This document shows positions 39,039 through 52,242 of a stretch of DNA of 64,000 nt, piece by piece. The stretch's first letter is position 1. Each line of letters opens with the position of its first letter. The position numbers and the translations under genes are program-made. Source of the stretch: Podarcis liolepis (Eukaryota). Below the pieces are notes generated by a model. It worked only from the letters and a program-made list of their open reading frames with translations, was not told where the DNA came from and ran no database searches. The stretch lies in assembly GCA_965112155.1 (NCBI GenBank), contig OZ218100.1. One strand, 5' to 3'.

Positions 39039-40084
39039 GCATAGTACTTACTATGGTAGCAATCTGAGAAAGAGCAGGTGCCTAGCACAGAGCAATTGGC
39101 TTCATTCTAAACTGGGGCAGTGGACTATTTCAAATTCAGATTAGATTTAATGCTTTGACTCCTGCTGTGGTTCTGATACAGATCAGTGTTTCCACATCTG
39201 TAGTATACTGGGGTGGGTGGGTCCTGGGAGCATTTTTGTTCCAGATCAAAGCCACAACAGGCAGGAAAGATCCCCCTGCAATGGCAATTTGTGTGGGGAA
39301 AGTTTGTACTCGGTGGCAAACTATGTGTTCAACATCTCACGAGGTTTGGCACGTGCATAGGAGAATACTTGATCACAGAACAGCTTCATTCTGTCAGTGA
39401 GGGGCTTAAGCAAGCATGTTTTATTCTTCATCTACCTTTGAAAAATTTCACAGAAACTGCTGATTTGTGGCTAGAGGTAAGAGCAGTTGCTGGAAATACT
39501 GCTGCTTAGTTGCTTTTCAGTCAGTGTTTCTTATGAAATATATGATTGGACAATACACAAAGCATTTTTTATTACAGTTCTCAGCAAAAGAGTGCAAAAG
39601 AACGATAGGTGAAGTTCTGCATTTGAGGATAATGATGAAGGCCTGGATATGCCTTGATGTTTAAATCTACAGTGATTGCAACTAAATGTTTTACCCTACA
39701 ATAAATGTGGGTTCCTGGTTATTGTTTTTTTCCACAATAAGATGAACTTCTTCCACTATATGAAGTCTGGAATAAGTTCTATCAAATTTCACTTCTGAAA
39801 CCTGATGAAGTATAGAACTACTTCATCACGATTCCAACTCAGGCTATGTGGTGCCTGAATTGAGGAAAAATAATGTTCATCTGTTCTTCAAAAGAATATA
39901 CAATCAGATTTAGATAAAATCTGAACACAAAATACATTATACTCTTACGTTCTATTGATATTTCATAGTAAAAGCACTTTTTCTCACGGCTAGCCTACCT
40001 GCAATGTAATTATTTTACTCTTCTATTCAGAAGTATATGGTGGCTAAAATTTATTTGAACTGCACTTGCAAGATATTTATCATT

Positions 40085-40205
40085 TTATCGCATCAATTAA
40101 GTGTTTTAAATTTGCTGTTAGCCGCCCGGAGCCCTGTTTTCTGAACTGGGAAGGGTGGGGTATAAATAAAAACATATTTATTATTTATACCATAAATAAA
40201 TAAAT
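40085..40205 (+). mobile_element. L2-like 3' end with (TAAA)n tail
   Basis: gttagccgcccggagccc...gggtggggtataaataaaa followed by taaa repeats. Confidence 0.6.
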
Positions 40206-40334
40206 AACACAACAACTCCCCATATAATGAATCCAAGATCAGATTCCTTATAACCATAACCAAGTAGTTGACACAGGTGGGAAGAATTCAGTTTTGAGAT
40301 TTCTATGCCTCAGGGTCACAAACATTATTTAGGA

Positions 40335-40472
40335 CAGGTGTGGGGAACCTTTGTCCCCCCAGATGTTGCTGAACTACAACTCCCATAATCCCTGATCTTT
40401 GGTTGTGCTTGCTGGGGCTGATGGGAGTTGTAGTTCAGCAACATCTGGAAGGCCAAAGGTACCCCATCTCCG
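40335..40472. mobile_element. Palindromic hAT MITE (family C-related)
   Basis: ccagatgttgctgaactacaactcccat / atgggagttgtagttcagcaacatctgg is a perfect 28-bp inverted repeat; ends caggtgtggggaacc and ggtaccccatctccg. Confidence 0.85.
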
Positions 40473-41339
40473 CTTTCAGACTGCTGATATATATTTCCAC
40501 CTGTATTTCTTGAGCTTTATCCTATTTTGATATTTTGATAAAGGTCTAAATGTATAGAAATTGTATTCATGGTTACCTTATGTGAACAATTTCATATTTG
40601 GCTGTTAAATTATTCCTTACTGCAGTTCAGGAAGATAAGTAGCAGGATTTCTGAAAATGAAGGTACATGGTATTGTTAGCCTAGCAAGCACCTCATTTTC
40701 ATTGCTTTATAATTTGAGTAAACTCTTGCAATGTTGCTTACAGTAAGGACTCACTAGGGTTCCATTTTGTTTCACTGGTTGCCTTTTAAGCAGCAGCTTG
40801 AAATGTGCAGTGGGAAAGCTCCCTAGAAATTGTCTTTTAATGTTGGTGAATTCCTTGGAGGACAACAAAACCAGTCTCTCATCAGTGCCCGCTAACTGCT
40901 GCAATACATGTTGCATTTTCCACAGGGAATAAGTATTCATGATGACTTGTTCGTACTGAGACATCTATACATGCAGGTCCCATTTTACAAACACAAGTGT
41001 GTTCCCTGGAAACAGTTTGTTAGGCAAGTGTTTGCAAAGTGAGTCAACAATTCTCATTTGCATAACAAGTTGACAATTTCCATTGATACCTATGGAGAAA
41101 TTTCTAATGTGTTCCTGACCATGGAATCTGTGGTGCGTATAGCAAAGTTTGGGCACTAGTTCCTTGTGTTCGGATAAATGGATTTTTGCATAGCAAGCAT
41201 TCATAAAGCAGGACCTGCCTGTATTGGAAATAGTGTGTGTGAAGTGGCAGTGAGGGCAACTTACACAGAGGCATTTCCACAAGGATGTGCTATGTAATTT
41301 AGATTATTCAAGATGTTTAAGAAATCTGTAAGAGGAGGC

Positions 41340-41452
41340 AGTTTTACCCCTTTATTGCAGATGGAAGGTTAAGAAAATAGTGACCTAACAAGTTAATGGC
41401 CAAGGTGAGATTTGAACTTGCAGCTTCTGATTCACAGGTCACACTCTTAACC
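41340..41452 (-). mobile_element. Old MIR-like SINE fragment
   Basis: tacccctttattgcagatgg...agtgacct...gagatttgaact...actcttaacc follows the MIR core and tRNA-head order. Confidence 0.5.
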
Positions 41453-42169
41453 AGCTGTGTTGATTTGTGGGTGCATGCATATTGAATATTGTACAAGTAG
41501 AAGCCCATTGACATAACTAGAGACGTATTTTCATAACACTATTTTGCATTCAGTTATTGGTACTTGGGGACTCACCTTTTACCATAATGACTTAATTTTA
41601 AGCTATAAGGTTATAATCCGTTATCAAAGCTGCAGTGTTGCCAGTTACATTTGCTGTCAATTTATTTCAGCGTAACTGATCAGGTATGTGTGTTTACTGC
41701 AATATATCAGACAATTATTAGGCAGCTGGCTTAACAAGCTCTCTGGAGAGTTCTGCTCTGGTACATGTTGAGGTCTGCTAGGAAATTTAGAAGCCAGTCA
41801 CTAGGCCAATTGCTAAATGGTTAGGGCATCATTTTTTTAATTGAATATTGGTTTTAAATAATATATGTAAAGTTATATAGAATTTATTGTAGTATATGTT
41901 GCCTTGTTCAACAGTGTTGGCCATGACTGTTATCTCACCTCTCCACTATATTATCCTACTGCAGAATTTTCATGATGTCCTTTTTTTGGTGTAGGAGCAG
42001 AGAGTTCCAGCTTCAGTATTATTGTTGTGACTCTTCCACAGCATTTGTAGCATGTCTATGCAAGTTTGTATTGGTTACCTATATGCCTTTGGATATTATA
42101 CTGTTCTGGATGACCAACATAGCGATGCAAAAGTAATTTTCTGGAACTGACTTATTTCTCTGTTTTCAG

Positions 42170-42235
42170 GTGGGCCATGCACAGATACAGCTCATGTCTC
42201 CTTAACCACAGCAACCAAAAGATCCTGCGATTCAG
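42170..42235 (+). CDS. ZFAND3: ZFAND3 internal coding exon (human exon 4 equivalent), 66 nt
   Basis: Acceptor ctgacttatttctctgttttcAG|gtggg and donor TTCAG|gtaaat. Translates (C)GPCTDTAHVSLTTATKRSCDS(D) vs human CGPCTDTAHVSLITPTKRSCGTD. Frame joins both neighbouring exons. Confidence 0.96.
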
Positions 42236-44138
42236 GTAAATCTTAATTTCTTTTTAAACATCACATCAAGCTATATAGTATGCTGAAGGAGAGAACAATA
42301 TTAAAAAATAACACTGGGAACCAAGAGCTGCACATTCACCACGCATGTGTAAATAACCACAATCACCCACACTCACCGAAACATCAAGAATTACCAAACC
42401 TCAAAAGACAGCTGAACAAATTGTTAAGGTTCCCAATACCTTTTAAAAAATCAACTTAAAAGTTACCATTTACACTAAAATATACTACCGTGGAGGGATA
42501 CTCCTTACTTCCTGCAACAAGCAAGAGAGTCCTGAGCTGTCCTAGGCCATGACAGGTACCACTGCTGACTACTAATGTTCCTTTTTTGGCAATGAGCACA
42601 GCTGTAGGAGATGGGCAGTAGAAAAGCTTTGCTATGCTGCAATGCATGTCTCTCAATTTATTCGAGGCTGAAGGGCAAGTAGTCCTCACTCCTCCTACCT
42701 TTCTAACAAATGATACCAAAATTAAGCAAAATTATAGCTTCTACCCTTGCAATGGCAATATTTGAAATAATAGTCAGTTATTTGGCATCCTAGCCATAGT
42801 AGACACCCACTGAAACATTCTGGAATTGAACAGTCTACACAAGTGTCTTGGGGTGCACCACCTTATTTACTGGCCATCTTAAACTATGCTTTATGATCTG
42901 GAAATAGCACAAGTGTAGTCTTAAGATTTTCTTATCAGCAGGATATCAGGATCCTGTCCACTGCAAAACCAGTATGTGACTTTTCTCTCATATATATGTG
43001 TATATATGAATCCCCAGGACAAATGTTGAAATTCGTTGGTATCAAAAACCTTGGGATCTCCATTGCTAGATTTAAGACCCACCCCAGCAAGGTAATCAGC
43101 TGAGTTACCTATACTCCATCAGAATTCCTAGTTTTCAAGTGTTTGAGGGTGGGAAGAGATTACTAGCTCTGTACAAAAATAAAGTTTACTAAGATATCAT
43201 TCTTATTGAGAGTAAGAAAAATAATAGCAAAACAGATTTTGGATGAAGCAAGCACAGCGCCCACTTCATCTCTGGGCAGAAGCTGGATACTGAACAAATT
43301 CTCCCCCCCCCTTTTTTTTCCTTTTTTGCTGTGGTCCTACTTCCATGAACAAAGAGAATGGCTTTCACTGACCATCAATACATGGTAGCAAGCAATAGAT
43401 GCCCCTTGGTGTCTTAAGCTTGGGGTCTCGTTGGGCCATGAAGCCTCTGTGCTTAATTGCCCACAGTGTCTCAAGAGAATGCAAATGTGTAACATGATGG
43501 TAACCTCCTTTTTGAGTAAATAGGTTCTGATGTGTGCATAGGTGTCAACTTAAGGGCAGTGGCATTGATTTTGACACTCAGTGTAGCTGCATGAAAACTG
43601 ATATGTCATTAGCTTAGGGATATGCCTATGAATGCATCTAAACTAAAGAAACAGAATAATTTTGGAAAGGGGGAGGCAGGAAAACTTCCCCATTTCTGAA
43701 ATTGCAGCACCTAATAGTGATTCTGCTACATTCACTAGCATCATACGAAGCCATTTATGTTAAGGTAGAGATAAATGAAAATGCCCCTTAATGGTTAGCT
43801 CCAACATTCTCAGTGCTAAAAGATTTTGCGTCTAAAATAGCTGTGAAGCCAATCTTCTCTATCCCAGTAGTCCGGCCTTGTATTTTCTGAAAACAAATAA
43901 CCACATAAGATTCACAAAGGAATGGAACGGCATTTCCTGCTTTATTCAATTTTCACCTCTGGTAGGTTTGGTGTCTATAATACTTTCACACTATTAAAAT
44001 GTTTATGTTGAATATATTGAATAGGAAAAGTGTTGGGCCCCCATCCCTATTCTGTGTAAGTACTTATGCGGTAAATTTGGCCTTGGCCCTGGCTGCAGTC
44101 ACATGTTTGCAGATAGCATTTAGTTTGACCTTTATAAA

Positions 44139-44647
44139 TAGGCATGGGCAACATTATTTGCATTTTAATACAAACTTACCTAATTTGCACTTCCCAGACC
44201 AATACAGAAACTGAAACACTGTTACCCTTTGAAATTTGTACTTTTCTGAATTTTGTAATGCCATTTTTGGACCAAAAAATGGACACAAAAATGCATATTA
44301 TTATAGAGAATTTTATAGAAAAATATGTGTGTTAGTACAAAACACAGTTTATTAAAACATTACTTTCATAAATATATGTATTAAGCAAAATTGCTTTAAA
44401 AATGCATACATTGTGAGAAATGAGAACAAGATGTATTATGTACCACTTAATGCCAAAACAGGCTTCTAAGCAGTTTTGAGAATATAAACACCAGTTTCAC
44501 AACTTTATTGAAATACACAGTAATTAAAATGATAGGGTTTTTTGTGCAGACTTCTGTGTCAGTTTACGAATCTAAGCAAACTAAACTTCAAAACGGGGAA
44601 AATGAGAAACTGAGAGAAACAAAAAATGACAGATTTGTCTGTGCCTA
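44139..44647. mobile_element. AT-rich non-autonomous DNA element (hAT-Ac-like termini)
   Basis: Ends TAGGCATGGGCAA / TTGTCTGTGCCTA form imperfect TIRs; no clear TSD. Confidence 0.45.
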
Positions 44648-47600
44648 CCTTCAAGCTTAATACATACCTTCTAGCTTCTTCCTGCAAGAAAAGTAGTCCC
44701 AGTCAAACATGACATAATTCCGCCATAGTTTGTAGAGATATTTATCTGTTAAGTACAGGGTTGTGCTTTGCTAGATTGGGAGCAGCAGCTATGATTGAGC
44801 CTTTAAAGCTTTTAAAGGTGTCAATTTGCTTGGAAATGCTAGAAAGTAAGTGCAGTGGATATACCAAATCCAACGACTAGTTTCTTGGCTTTGGCTGTTA
44901 TTATTTTTTTTTAGCTTCTTTTATGCTCACATTTTTATCATGCATAATATGTGCAGCAAGGACAAAAAAAAAACAAAAAACCCCACAACCCTCTGGTTCC
45001 ACCATTAATTAGGTATGCTATTGCTCTGCAGTGGTAAAGTGTCTGTGCTAACAGTATAAAAAAGGTTAGTGAGGCCTTTTATTATAAAAACAACTTTGAG
45101 AGAGTTTTGTTGTTTCATTTGACCTTTAAGGTGCTCTTTAAGGAGCTCTTTAGTATTTGACTGGTGGCGGGCACCATGTTACAAATTCAGCTCTCTTTGG
45201 ACCTTCTCACTGGAAGGCATGTGATGATGGAACACCGACAAAGGTGTACTCTACATCATAGGTCCTGGCAGTGACAGCGCCCATTAATGACACTTTTTTA
45301 CCCTGCTCACTGCTCAGTTGTACTAATAGAACAGCACATCAAGCAAGGCTGTAAATAAAAGTTATCACCTAATAGGTGGGCACTGAAGTGGAACGTACAG
45401 GAGCTGAGGCATAGAGGCCTTATTACCGCTCATCAGCAATTATAAACAGGATAAAGTGTCCAGGACTTGCACTGACACAGCAAAGGCTAATAGAGGCTGG
45501 GAGATGATAATGTACCAAGATAGCATGATGGATGTTGATGGAATTTTACTGTCTCGTTTTGCTGCCTATTTCTGATATCAATTGTATTATCTCCTCCATA
45601 TTTCCATATCTTTTTTTCGGAGGGGAGGCAAAATGTGAAAGGATGCTATGCATTTAGTACACTGCACCCCATGGGTTGCATTTAAAAGATTTGAGGTTAC
45701 TATCGTTATGGTTACTATACATTAAAAATAACTAACATTGGCAAAGTGTCTATCGTAGGTCCCCCTGCACCCTAGGATTTTCTTTTCTTTTTTTGTACTT
45801 CTGCAAATCTTGTTGATAGCACCTCCTTGGTTCTCAGGAACCCAGTTTGGGTACAATCCTGTCAGTGCTCACGAGTTCAGCTTACTATTAGAGGAAATGA
45901 TAGTGTCTACACAAGTGCATAGTGCCTTCCTCACACCATTAAGCAACCACAGCCAACCAAACTATGTTTCACTATTTAAATTAGTTCTTTGTAGAACTCC
46001 ATCTGCTGTGTGAGCATGCATGTGCATCTCTTAACATAGAGAGCTTACAGTAACTCAAATTGGAATTGCATCTTGTCTGGTTCAGTAAGGGGCAGGTTAG
46101 AATTCTTTCCAATATTCCCGCACTATATTAGTGTAACATCTCAGAAAATGAAATTGAACTGCAGCCATGTTTCTGGGGGTGCATGGGTCCCACCCCCGTA
46201 TTTCATTATATTTATGGATCACTTCCTATAAAACACCTTGCAGTGATTTAACTCTAAAAAACAATTACATATATAAAAAGTAAAACAATTTCATATATAA
46301 AATATTGACATATATAAATGACATATGATGACATATCAGCAAATATGCTTTTACAAATACTTTGGGTGATATTCAACTTCTTACTCATATTAGATCTATT
46401 GAAATTAATGAATATGACTTGGTCAGGTCCATTACTGCCCTGGGTGGTGATCACCTATTATCTTTCCTCCTGCACTGCAGCAGATGATTTCTAAATCATT
46501 TTACTCTGTACTTTTGTATTAGGTATTCTCTTCAGTTCTACAATAGTTGTGTACAACACTTTTTGTATGCTTAATTTTTAATCATCATGTCATGGTTGGT
46601 ATATCATTGATTTACCAGTTATAAAGCTGTTTCTCTGGGGTAGTTTAAGTCAATGGCTGAATATTAGATATTTCTCTTAGTCAGCAGCAGAGACTTTCTT
46701 CGGAATAATTTGTTGTTGAGGACTGGTTAAAATCCTAAATTGGCTGTTTCTATGCAAACCAAGTTTTCTGTTTCAGCCTTTCTCATTGCAGAAATAATTC
46801 AAAATAAGGTTAAGTATAATAAGTGTTTTATTTTTAAAAGCAATTTTCAAATTCTCTATTGTAAAAGGGCCATTTTAAATGTATTTTTTAAAAAACACAA
46901 ATGGAAGCTAGAAATGGAATGTGTGTACAATCTCTTCTACACAGCTATAGTTGGGAAATAAGCAATAACTTCTTAAAAATTGTTGTCTCATGTTTTTAGT
47001 TTCTAGCAGCTACAAGCAAATGCAGATTTCAAAGGCTATGAAAGGCCTTTGAAATACACATCACATACCTTGCAAAGATCTTGGTTCCACAGTTCCAAGT
47101 TTGTAGCAATTAAGACTCAAGGCAAAATATTGTTTGTTAATAAATTGTATATACATGAAAATTGAAGTAGCGCTTGTTCTGAATAAATTTCTTCAGTGGG
47201 CCAAGCAGATTCCTCTAACCAAAAGACTGTTGCTTATTTCTTAAAACTATGAGCTGTCTACAGACATTTTCATATGGAAAAGTATAGATTCTGGTGTGGT
47301 GTTTGTTCTTTGTCTTCTCTCATTCCTCAGCAAACCAGCAAATCAAGTCATTGTTTGTTCATGGCCCAGCACTCTTACTGTCGCTTCTTGCTTCTGGTTT
47401 CCTGTGTCTTTTCCTTCCTTTATTTTTCTTCTTCCATCCCTTCTTCCCTCTACAACCAGTGCCTAATGTGCAGAATTCTTGATGGATTTCATTTTGATAG
47501 CTTAAGTTCCTTTTTTAAATAGTCGGAGGAACTGTGGCAGTGATGTTTGAAGGCTCATTAGTTATTGCCCTTACTGATGTTTGCACAGTAGTTGGGATCA

Positions 47601-49186
47601 TAAATGTCAATCTCTCAGGCTATGATAGGTCTTTAAAAAAAAAAACTCCCTTGAACGCCATGCCTCAAATACTGTCATCATGCCAGAGATTAATCTAACG
47701 AGTCCTTTCTTGAGAAGCAAGTAGAGATTGAGGAGTTTTTTCTCCCTTGATACTTTCTATCTTTTTCTCTCTTCCTTCCTGTTTACATATTCCCTTGTTC
47801 ATCTTCCCCATTCTTATCTCTGTTGAGGAAAACAATTCTCTGAAACATCAGGGAAGTGCCACAATTGCTGTTAGGGAAGCTATGTGTGTGTATGTTGTAA
47901 ACTGTACTGTGTCAGGAGATTAAGAGATTGAAATTCAGCACTGACAAGTCCTGACACAATTCATTTCAGAATTATGAGACGAGAACATTGAATAATAAAG
48001 GCATGAACAGTGACCGTAAGGAACAAATGTAACTTGCAGCCAGAGACAAAACAGTTTTTAAGGCAAGTCCTCTGCTTCAAGACTGCATTAGAAATTTTGA
48101 TCTTTTGAGTGACTTAATTTCACCTTTTCCCAATATTGCAGAGTATCTACAATTAGAAGAATCTGCATCCTTAGAAACTGTACACTAGTGAAATCCTTCT
48201 TTTCACTTGTGTTGTGGCAGCAGTACACTGTGGTAAAGACCACCCTTCCTTTCTCTCTTCCCACCCCCTGTTCTCCAGTGAGATCTCACCAGATACCTCA
48301 GCATAGTTTTACCCCAACCTGGCCTCATGGTTTGGATATCACAACTCACACTCTGGCTTGTATCTAGGCAGCTGAGGAGGGCATGGAGAGAGAACTTTTA
48401 GCAATGTGCAGCAACATGCTGCGCTTTTACATTTAAACCTTAGTTTGTTTTTAACTACGGTCTAATGTCATGAGTGAACCAGGCCAGAATCAACATTAGT
48501 TTAAGCATGTCATTTGGGGCATGGGGCTACATAACAAAGAAGCAGAGGTGAGTGACAGTTGTAGAAACTCAACTTTTCTATGTCTTGATTAAAAAGTATT
48601 TTGCTTTGTATGGAAAGTGAGGATAGGTGGATAGATTCTCACAGTGTGACATAATCTCTGGACACTGGTTTGTCCACTACCTATTCTGTTTGTTGTTGTT
48701 CCTTCCTGGGTATGGGAGCCCATTTCATTAACACAATACAAGCCCCGGCTTTCCTCTGTGTCTTGACCACTGAAGTCAGCCTCCTTGGCACAGGGTGAAT
48801 GAGCACAGAACTCTGTCTTGCACTTACAGCCCCCCCCCAAAAAAACCTGTATTGTAACCAGCCTCATTACTTGCTTTCTAATCATGAAGAGTGGGGGTGG
48901 GATCTTGGGATCTCCTTGTATGGAAATTCGCTTCCATTAGTATCAATGGCCAGTGAGAGGCAAATGGCATACCTGTTTGTGTTTGTTCACATTTAGGAGT
49001 GTTTGAGCACATGTTATATATGTGTTACTTTCAAAATGAAGGTGCCGCAAGACATTGGACACTAGCAGCAATTCTTTGGTAAAACAATCATATTATTTAT
49101 GTGTTCTTTGAGAAATAGAAAAGTGGAATATAAATTTATTTAATAAATGAGATAAATGTAGGCATACCCCAATTATACTAGGTGCC

Positions 49187-49223
<37 letters not shown>

Positions 49224-49300
49224 ATACCCTGCCTTTCTCCCTAGCAGGGACTCAAGACAGCTTACAGCTAAAAATAAGAACAATTAAAAACGTAAAAAAA
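49187..49300 (-). mobile_element. (GTT)n microsatellite as the tail of an L2-like 3' stub
   Basis: About 12 GTT units followed by ataccctgcctttctccc...ctcaagacagcttaca. Confidence 0.65.
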
Positions 49301-52071
49301 AGAATCATAGAAACAATTAAACATTGATAGTGTGTATATATTATATATAATCTATTAATATTAGTCAACTCTGGCTTACAATGAAAAGATCCACTAGAGT
49401 GCTGTTGCTTTAAGCTGCTTAATTAACCATTATCTATTTATAAAATATTTCCAATGAACACATTAACATATTCTGAAGCCTCTACTGCTGTGACTTGGAA
49501 AGACAGTAGGCCCATTCCCTCTTAGTCTTTTGCCATCTCCAGATGTCCCGCTCCACTTCCCATTCTTTCAAGATACCTGGATGGGAGAGTAAAGGAACAT
49601 TTCTCTCAGCATCATTGCTGTTCATCATATCATAAGCAGCTGGACTAAAGATTCCACACTAGGAAAATGGGGGAGTATGGCACTTTCATCTGTTTCCCCT
49701 TTATGATAACCCAGAAGATGCAGGGAGCCTGTATGGGGCAATTGCTTAGTAACTCAGGCAGCAAGTTTAAAACTTTCCCATCATGCCACACACTCTGTCT
49801 CTACATGCTATTGTGTAAGATGTTTGTTGTAGTAACCAAATTGCTTTATCAGGTGTATCCAGAGACCTAAAATCTTACTGAACTATTTTTACAGAGCTTT
49901 AGGCATGCAACACATTGAATAGTTAATGTTACATATAATCTCAAAGTCTAGGGCTGAATATGCCATTCTGCTTTTAAAAATACTATTGGATGATAGCCTT
50001 ATGTTAGCCCTCTCGTGGTTTGAAATGCAGAACGGGGAAGTGCTGGCTTATCTAGTTAATGCATAACCTTTCACTTGCACTACGTTATTAGAAATATTTA
50101 GAAATTTAACTTGCAGTTAGTTTGTACACTTGATTTTGATCAAAATGTAATATACTACACATAGTGAGAGAGAGAGAGTAGAGTAGATTAAATACAATGG
50201 CCTGCTTTGCACGTAATAAGCTAGAGTGAATGAAACTATGGTAAGGGGAGAGAGACTTTGTGCTGGCCACCAGGCAGTGGCCTTTTCCACCTGCCTTTCC
50301 CACCCTCTGGCCCTAGGAGCCTTCACAGGGAAGCTTCAGAGGAAGAACAGTGAGGGAAGAGAGGAACCTTTGGAACAGAGTTGTTGCCACATGCATTATG
50401 TGCATGTGTCTTTTAATAAACTGAATGAATAGAGTGGAAGAATATGAGTCATGGGGGTGGGGAGTGTGTGTGTATGAATTAAACAGTGCTTAGTTTATTT
50501 TATTGGTTGCTATTTCGTTAATGTTGTTAATACTGTTTTATGGATTACGAATTCTGTAGTGCTTTGTGAATCCTATGATACGACTTTTGTTGTAATTGTG
50601 CCGTTGCCTATTTTTGTTGTTGTTTTGTTAATAGTTTTTTATAGACTGTAGTTGTTTTACTGATGATTTATAATTGTTTTACTAAAGATTTGTTAATTAT
50701 GCTACATGATTTATGTTGTATTTGTGATGTTCTGTTCTGTTACTGCTATTGTTTGTAAGCCGCTTTGTGATTCATGTGAATAAAAAGCAGCATAGAAATA
50801 TAATAAATCACATGAAGAATGCTAATACACAGTACGCAAATCACACCATATGACACCCTCCTCACTTTGCCTTGCAGTGTAGAAAACATCCCAAGCACTG
50901 GCTTAACATTGTATGTAAACAGGCATTCGTAGTTTGTTTTTTTCCAAGCACACCATGAGAAAAAGCAATGATGAAACCATGGGTCACACATAATACTAAA
51001 TCAGCATTCTTATTTCTTTCCTCCCTGCATGACAAAGTGGGGCAGGCGGGCGTAATTTGAGCAACGTGTTCGATCCTGGTAAACTATAGTTTAACTATGG
51101 CTTACTATTACAAGCAAACGAGGCCATTATATAGATTCCAGCTGGGCAGTCTAATCACTTGGTCCTCACTTGACACATCTTTTGAAGTGGATTGTAGGTT
51201 TGAAAATGCCTCTTTCCACACTGTGGCATTCTGAATGTTATGGGCATTAAATGTGTTAGCTTCCCTCTTCCTGTAGGTAGCTTACCTGAAGTACCTTTCA
51301 ATTTACTGCTTTGTAAAGCAATGTATTTTCCTATCTCCACTCCTTCTCAATAACATTAGTTTTCCGGGAGAGCAAAAATTACAAATAAGGTTATTAAAAT
51401 ATGTAGTACCTTGACTGGCTTTAAAGAGAGATCCTCAGAGGATTTTGGATCTGTAGCGGTAGGTACATGTTGTGTTTAGTTTATCTTGTCTGTGTATAAT
51501 CATTTACATTTAAATTGTTGTTCTTGTAGAGAGAGGGAGGCACAGTACGGTGCTTTCATGTGCCGTCGTGGTTATTGGAGCTGCAGCTAGCACACTGCCC
51601 TAAAAATCTCTCTCCCGCTCAGCCAGGAAATAGGCTGAATTTGCGTTCAATTGTTTTTTCTTCAGAAGCAGAATTGGTTTGTATGTAGTCAGGACAGTGG
51701 GGAGGCTGAAGATGTATAGGAAAATCTACAAATGAGATGAAAAGCAAGGCTTGTAGTTGCCTAGGCTGGTGTTTTCTCTCCATGTGTCATCACAAAGTCA
51801 GAGCCACAACCAATTGAGAGTAAGAGTACGCCAACTCATTTTGTATTTGGTTTTGTAAACCAGGAAGGGGCCTTGTGGGGAACAAAGCTAATAGCATTTT
51901 TACCTGGTGCCTGTTTTGACTACTAATTGGGTTTATATATATGCAAGGGGATAAAAAGAAACACACAGTTTGCAAGCGATGCTATATGCACATCATTAAT
52001 TTGTGACTAAAGTAAAGGCCTCACGGAAGAAAAGCTAACACTGTGCTCCAATGTTTCTCATAAAACAACAG

Positions 52072-52242
52072 ATTCACAGTCAGAGAACGAGGCGTCTCCT
52101 GAGAAGCGGCCACGATTATTGGAGGACAGTCATGACAGGCCTGAAGAAATTAGCCGTTCTAAACAGAAGAGCAGACGCAGGTGTTTCCAGTGCCAAACAA
52201 AACTGGAGCTGGTACAGCAGGAACTGGGATCATGTCGCTGTG
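52072..52242 (+). CDS. ZFAND3: ZFAND3 internal coding exon (human exon 5 equivalent), 171 nt, first half of the AN1 zinc finger
   Basis: Acceptor aaaacaacAG|attcac and donor GCTGTG|gtaagg. Translates (D)SQSENEASPEKRPRLLEDSHDRPEEISRSKQKSRRRCFQCQTKLELVQQELGSCRC(G), with the AN1 CxxC...CxC motif. Overlaps ORF-track entry 52119..52337. Confidence 0.97.
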
